A stretch of DNA of 12,255 nucleotides from Fonticula alba ATCC 38817 (lineage: Eukaryota > Protista > Nucleariida): NCBI GenBank assembly GCA_000388065.2, contig KB932207.1. One strand, 5' to 3'. The notes beneath the pieces were generated by a model. It was not told the origin of the DNA. It made no database searches and worked only from the letters and a program-made list of their open reading frames with translations. The position numbers and the translations under genes were made by a program. Positions 6,888-12,255 of this stretch are shown here, piece after piece; positions within the stretch are counted from its first letter, which is position 1, and each line of letters opens with the position of its first letter.

Positions 6888-8340
6888 CTCGGGAGGTAGG
6901 ATGGCCGCCGGCAGAGGGCGGAGGAGCAAAGAGGCATGCCACATTTTTGAGGGAGGGAGTCCGCAGTGCGCAGCAGACCCACATACGGACACATGAGTGG
7001 ATATGCACTTTGGGCCTGATGAGGCCCTAAAGCTTGGGCGGTCCTTGGGTCTAGTGCGACGGCTTGTACTTGGGAGCTCGGTCCACAGGGCCAAGCTTCC
7101 CCTCAAGGGTGTCACCTGCACGGGGCATCTTCCGTCAACTCACAGGGGGGCGGGGGGAGTTTCTCGTTCCTTCTCTTTTTCCTGGAAGCATATCAGCCGA
7201 CGAACCAGTCTTCCGGGCAAGAGGGCCCGCCAAGAGGCGCTTAAGAATACCCGAGAGACAGGGAGGCCGGCAGCCGGCCGCAAACGACCCCGCACACTTT
7301 GCAGGCCCCGCCGACCTGCCGGGCCTGTCAAGACCTCTGTCCGAGTGATTGCCACAGGAAATGGTGGTGTGGGGTCGGGTGGCGGGCAAGAGAGGGGGCA
7401 GCCAGCCTTTCCGGCAGACCTTCGGCGCGTCGGGCCCGAACACCGAGCCACGTCGAGGTGTCACAGTGCGCTTAATCCCGCCCCAGTAGCCTGCGGGCTG
7501 GCGCAGGTGGGCTTCCGACCAGGAGGCCAAGAGGCCCGGTCGCCATCCTTCCCTGATCATATAGGTGCCGGTCGATGGGCTCTCGCGGGCTGCTCAACTT
7601 CGCCATCGGCGTCTAAAACATTGGTCCGTGCACTCCCCAAGGGACCAGCTCGACGAGACGCGCGGAAGGTGAAGCGATTGCCAAGCATCGCACAGGATGC
7701 CCGCCAAGTTGCATGGCCCAGTTGTCGGGCGCATGAAGAGAGCAGGCCGGTCGACCGGCTTCGGGAGGGGCGGTGCTCCCCCTGCTCGCGGCGCCGGGGT
7801 CTGTGTGGGCAGTGTTTGCCAAGGCCGGCCGCCCTGCTCCGGGCATCTTGTCCCCAACCCTGCCAGGGAGGTGCTTGAGGCGTGGACAGTCCCATGGGTC
7901 GAGGGTGCTGGTGGCTGGGCGGGGCGGGGGGGGGGGTCTCTCGCAGTGTGTCCGAAGACCGCCGGCGCGCGGGGAATCTGCGATGGGCGCTGTCTCAGGC
8001 AGAACGCGAGGGGGTTCTGCTGCTCGGCGGTAGAAAGGGCTTTCGGCGACCCTTACCATGCTCGGGGAGCCATCGGGAGTCCGGGCCAGCCAGACAGGCT
8101 GCCCTGTCAAGGGAAGCTGCCCGGGAGATTCAGCCTCGGGGGGAGGGGGGGGGGCGCTGACCTCGGCTCCAGGAAATGGGGCCACAGACGGGCAGGGGTC
8201 TTGTTGCGCGCCGGTCGCACAAACCGCAGCTCAGGTGGCATGAGACAGCCGCAGGGGTCGCGGCGCAGGCAGACCCCGCTGCATGGCCTCTCGAGGCACG
8301 AGAGATTGCGTTCCTGCCACCACAAGCCACACCGACCGCC

Positions 8341-9311
8341 ATGGTTCCCCTGACCGATCGCGCCGACTGCATGTCTCGCGAGTGCGCCATGCGACTGGCA
8401 CACAACATCTTCGAGGAGAGGAAGGCGAGACAGGGAGGGGGGGGGGGTGGGGGGGATTGTTCCCGGGCCCGCTGGCAGCGTCGGGCTCATCATATGCCAT
8501 AATCTAAATAAAGGCTACATTTCTGCGGGGCCGCGAGGAGGAGGCAGCTCGCCAGCATGATCAGGGGGAACGGGGTGAGTAAGAGGGACCGCCTCGCTCG
8601 GCATTCCCACACACGCATCCACCGACCGAGGGCATCAGGTCGCTCGCCGGGGGGGCGGGGGGGGGGGGGGGGGGTCTCGAACCAAGGGCGCCCCATGGAG
8701 GTGATAGCCCACAATGCCTTCGGACCTCGCGGCCCAATCCTGGAATTATACCCCCCGATCGCTTGTCCCTCGGTCTTTCCTCCGCTCGTTGGCGCATGCC
8801 AAGGCCTGTGGGGGAGGACTCGATGTCCAGGCCATGTGAGTTGCCGTGTCTTCCTGGCCTCTGGCGGGTGTCGCCCCCCCCCCCCGCCTAAAGTTGACCT
8901 TGCTCCATCTTCCCCACACTCCTGGCAAGGGCGAGGGCTGGCCGTTTCCCCCGGGCGTATGGGCGGGGAGGATGGGCAGGAGGGACGAAGGGGTCTTGGC
9001 GGGCCCTATTAACCGCGGGGCGCGGGCGCGTCCCCCCGAAAGCACACAAACACACACACACACACACACCCTCTCTCTGGCAGCGAGCCAGCTATCGGCG
9101 TCACGCGCTTCGCCCGAGAAGGATCCCCACTGGGCGGGGGGTTCCCTTGCGTAAGGAACCCTTTCATCTCTGGGCAGAGATGAAAGGAGCGCGCGCGTGC
9201 TGGGGCACCTCTTGTCTCCGGGACCGCGAACGTCCGTCCACCATGTCGCCCGATATTTGCACACATGCGTCCACGCGCTGAGCCTGCCCCACCGTCCACC
9301 GGCCCACTCTT

Positions 9312-9356
<45 letters not shown>

Positions 9357-10755
9357 GATACACACACACACTCACCCATTCGGCGGCACACACCTAACAA
9401 TCTCGTAGGACTTGCCGGCAAACAGACACTCAGTGCTGTCTTGGTGTTTTTTGGCCTTACCACACCCGGGGAGAGTTTCCCCCCAATGCAGCGCCTGGAC
9501 CAAGAGCACGACCATTTGACCCCGAGGCGGTGTGTAAGAGACCAGAGCAGCTGCCCGACCGTTGGGGCAGTGGAAAATAGCCCACGGGGCTCACCAGCAT
9601 GCTCATGTATGTCTCTGCCCCTTCTGGCCCCCCCTCCCCGGGGGGGGGGGGGGGGGGCGCGGGGAGCGAAGGAAGGGGGCCCGTCCTCGGCGGCCCGACG
9701 TTCGAATGCCCGTGCCGCCACCCCCTTCCGCCCCCTCCGCACACGCATACACACACACACGCACAAACGCACGCACGCACAGATGCTGGCAAGGTGCACG
9801 GGAGCTACTGTGCCCCGTCCGCCATGTCCGCCTCGCCCAACTGCTCGCCTGGACTTGTTGCGAGCAGACCCGTCTGCCACAGGGAAGCTTTTCGGAAGGC
9901 CGGGGTGAGGGCTCGGCTGGGCGCGTGCTCCGTGCTTGGGGAGATTCTCGTCCCACCGAAGTGTTTGAGCACCGAGATGGGACTGTTTTCGGCGCGGCCA
10001 GACCGACCACGCCTGGTGCATGTTTACCCCGCTCCTCGGTCCATGTGCCCCTCGCTCGGGCGGAAAATGACCCGGGCGTCCCCCGGACCCCGGTCGAGCG
10101 GGAGTGCGAGGCTCCCCGTGCGGCAAAATGGTCCCGGCATGGCCACCACAGGGGACCCGGAGCCTCCGCCGAACCCGCCTTTCCCCCCCCTCGGGGGAAG
10201 GGCCCATCCAGCCGCGTAGGACTCCACTAGCCCTCCACCCGGGGCGGGGGGGGGGGGAGAGAGAGAGAGCCGAGGCCGAGGTCGGGGGTTAAGAAGCCAC
10301 CAGCCACCACGGGGGACTCCATCTTGCGTCCAATGTGTGTATGTGTGGTACTACGCGCGGTGAATGCACCCACCGGCGGACACACCACCGGGCGCACGCA
10401 CGGGGTCCCCGCGCCCGGCGGTCGTGATGGGATGCAGCCCGTAGGGCAAGGCTAGGGGGACCCGTGGTACCCCCCACGGCTCGCGAAGCGGGGATTCTGC
10501 CACGCGTGGCGCAGAACCACCTTCCGGATAATGCGGTAAGTACGGTACATCCCTGCCTCCGCGTCTGTCCAATCTTGACCTGGCGGCCAGTGGACCGGTA
10601 GCGGTCGCGCCAGCGAGCCCATCTCGCGGCCCAAACATGACCCCGACTTAATATCGCGTCGTCGGTTCTTGTGGTTTACTTTTCGGCCCAGGCACTTGGC
10701 TCTTGCTCGGTCTCTCCTTGTGGCCCCTGGTGAACTGGTCGTCTGCCATGTCGGC
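8341..10755 (+). CDS. Candidate multi-exon orphan gene; tentative exons 8341-8424, 8514-8574, 8687-8835, 8930-8956, 9084-9150, 9409-9606, 9783-9904, 9962-10117, 10456-10535, 10692-10755; 3' end unresolved
   Basis: Kozak-like accgccATGg start with strongly C/G-ending codons. Near-consensus donors occur at 8575 GTGAGT, 8836 GTGAGT, 9151 GTAAGG, 9607 GTATGT, 9905 GTGAGG and 10536 GTAAGT. Acceptors include CCTAAC..TAG (9408), CACAG (9782) and a pyrimidine tract plus CCCAG (10691). All proposed junctions are phase compatible and stop-free. No homology recognised, and the chain was hand-picked so it may be over-fitted. Confidence 0.35.
9321..9353. repeat. (CT)16 microsatellite
   Basis: Directly visible; followed by CGCAG. 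Confidence 0.95.
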
Positions 10756-10889
10756 GTGCGCGCCGAGTGGTTAAATCCCCCCTGGTCACGAAGTTCCCCG
10801 GTCCCGCGCGCGAGGGACAGGGAAGTGCTGGACCGGGGAGGCGCGGCGGAGATGTCGCGGTGCCGAGCCAGAGCGTGAACTGGTCGTCT
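10730..10889. repeat. Perfect 15-bp direct repeat GTGAACTGGTCGTCT at 10730-10744 and 10875-10889
   Basis: Both copies read directly from the sequence; the repeat unit is not low complexity. Confidence 0.9.
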
Positions 10890-11010
10890 ACCTCGCCCCT
10901 CCCCCCCACCCCCGGCCTGGCGCCACCTCCCCTCCCGGAAGGGGGATGCGAACTGCGAGCTCGTGCTACATTCTGGCCGGCCGTCGGAGTGGTCGTGCGC
11001 ATGGATGCCG

Positions 11011-11040
<30 letters not shown>
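11011..11040. repeat. C30 homopolymer
   Basis: Directly visible. Confidence 0.95.
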
Positions 11041-11042
<2 letters not shown>

Positions 11043-11169
11043 GCCCGCTACCCCCGCACGAAGTTGGTGTGGGGTTAAAACACAAACAAGACTCTCATGA
11101 TGCGCACGCCGGTCCTATCGACACGGCACCTCACACACTGCCAATGCGCCACTGCCCAGGCCCCTTCGC

Positions 11170-11195
11170 GAGAGAGAGAGAGAGAGAGAGAGAGA
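11170..11195. repeat. (GA)13 microsatellite
   Basis: Directly visible. Confidence 0.95.
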
Positions 11196-12255
11196 AAGTG
11201 CAATCGAGTATTGTCCTGTGCCAGTGTGAGATATGATGCGCTAATGAGAGGCTCCCCAGTCGGGCTCGTCCTCGGGGAGCAGCAGGGGGAGGAGGGGCGG
11301 GGGGGGGGGGCCGTGTTCGTGATGAGAGAACACCAATGGCCGGCTCCGGGGGGCTGGGAAGGGACAGGGGGCCGCGCTCGGGCAGGGCACCCACGCCCCC
11401 CGGACCGATCCCATCCCGCAAGCCCCAGCGGCGAAGACGGACAGCGGCCACAAGGGCGTCCTCCCCGGGGGAAAGGCCGGTAGCCCTTTTTTTTCCCCGG
11501 CCGGTGCCAGCTGGCGGCTGCTCGGCCGGCCGACACGATCGACCCTCCCCCGGGCGATCGCCCAGGGCCATGGGACATCCGGAGCCATGACCCGGGCATT
11601 TGCCCGCTTTGCGGTTCATCTACTGGGCCTGGCCGTGCGCCCACCCCTCGCCACCGAGTGTGGACACAGGCGCGGCGCCGCTCCCATCGCCGCCCTTGGC
11701 AAGGGCGCTCGACACGCGGACAGTGGCGCCCCGTGGTCAGGCCCGTTTTCGCCCCGGCCGCGGCTCTGGCCAAGAAAAACGCCGGGTTTTCCGCCCCGGC
11801 GTGTTCCGTACACCCACCTACCGACCCGGATCGCCTCGCCCTCCCCCTGCTCTTTACCGGGCCTCACGCCGTCCCCCCCCCCCCGTAAGGCGAGCGCTGC
11901 GGCGGTCGGCAGCCGGATCGGGGGCCAGGGCGTGTGAGCTGTCCGGGCCCGGCTCCGGTCCTCGCCCCTCGCCCCCACGCTGGTCAACTCGGCCACCCTC
12001 CCTATTAGCGGAGGGGGCAGTGGCCCGCATTGCGTGCCCCGGCCCTTGTCGACCGTGATGAGACACCCACAGCGGTGGGATCCCAGACCTGAGCGGATCA
12101 AGAATGCGTCCCCGCGTCCCGACCCGTGCCCCCGGCGCGGGCCCATATAGCGAGAGGTGTGCACCTTTGTATACCAGGGGCATGGGGAAGGGCAGTGTTG
12201 GCGTGGACAAGGCCCGGGGGCGGGGGCGGGGGCCGGGGGCCCGGGACCGGGGACC

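Noticed and set aside
7016-7045. CTGATGA followed by a GCCC/GGGC stem, resembling a hammerhead ribozyme core
   Set aside because: The stem is followed by GGTCC rather than the required GAAA, and no stems I/III or NUH cleavage site are evident.
10648-10749. Minus-strand 33-aa ORF MADDQFTRGHKERPSKSQVPGPKSKPQEPTTRY with good start context
   Set aside because: It is the exact antisense of the proposed + strand exon at 10692-10755, whose splice signals are stronger. Not excluded, but unsupported.
12055-12092. Box C (GTGATGA) and box D (CTGA) with a CCG/CGG closing stem, like a C/D snoRNA
   Set aside because: Only 27 nt separate the boxes, too short for C'/D' boxes and a guide; no rRNA complementarity recognised.
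1-12255. CRISPR array, tRNA, rRNA, snRNA or transposase/reverse transcriptase
   Set aside because: No regularly spaced repeat-spacer units, cloverleaf motifs, conserved rRNA/snRNA strings or DDE/RT motifs were seen by eye. An Infernal/Rfam and Dfam scan would be needed to exclude divergent cases.

Overview
Eukaryotic, GC-rich, intron-containing genomic DNA with abundant C/G homopolymers and (CT)n/(CA)n/(GCAC)n microsatellites. The style suggests a GC-rich protist, possibly an opisthokont such as Fonticula, but this cannot be verified here. The six-frame ORF track is largely misleading because it ignores splicing and accepts GTG/TTG starts. Three + strand genes are well supported: (1) the 3' exon of a Sel1-like-repeat protein ending in a C-terminal transmembrane anchor (31-1020); (2) a two-exon serine palmitoyltransferase small subunit (3019-3423); (3) a three-exon bacterial-type peptidyl-tRNA hydrolase (Pth1/PTRH1 family, 4196-5610) with a large internal insertion and a basic C-terminal extension. 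The rest of the window (1100-2800 and 5620-12255) has no recognisable homology. It does contain phase-compatible splice-site chains suggesting at least one minus-strand and one plus-strand multi-exon orphan gene (low confidence). No rRNA, tRNA, CRISPR array or recognisable transposase was found, and I could not support a novel multi-gene system. The most interesting points are unusual features of the individual genes and the cryptic orphan genes.
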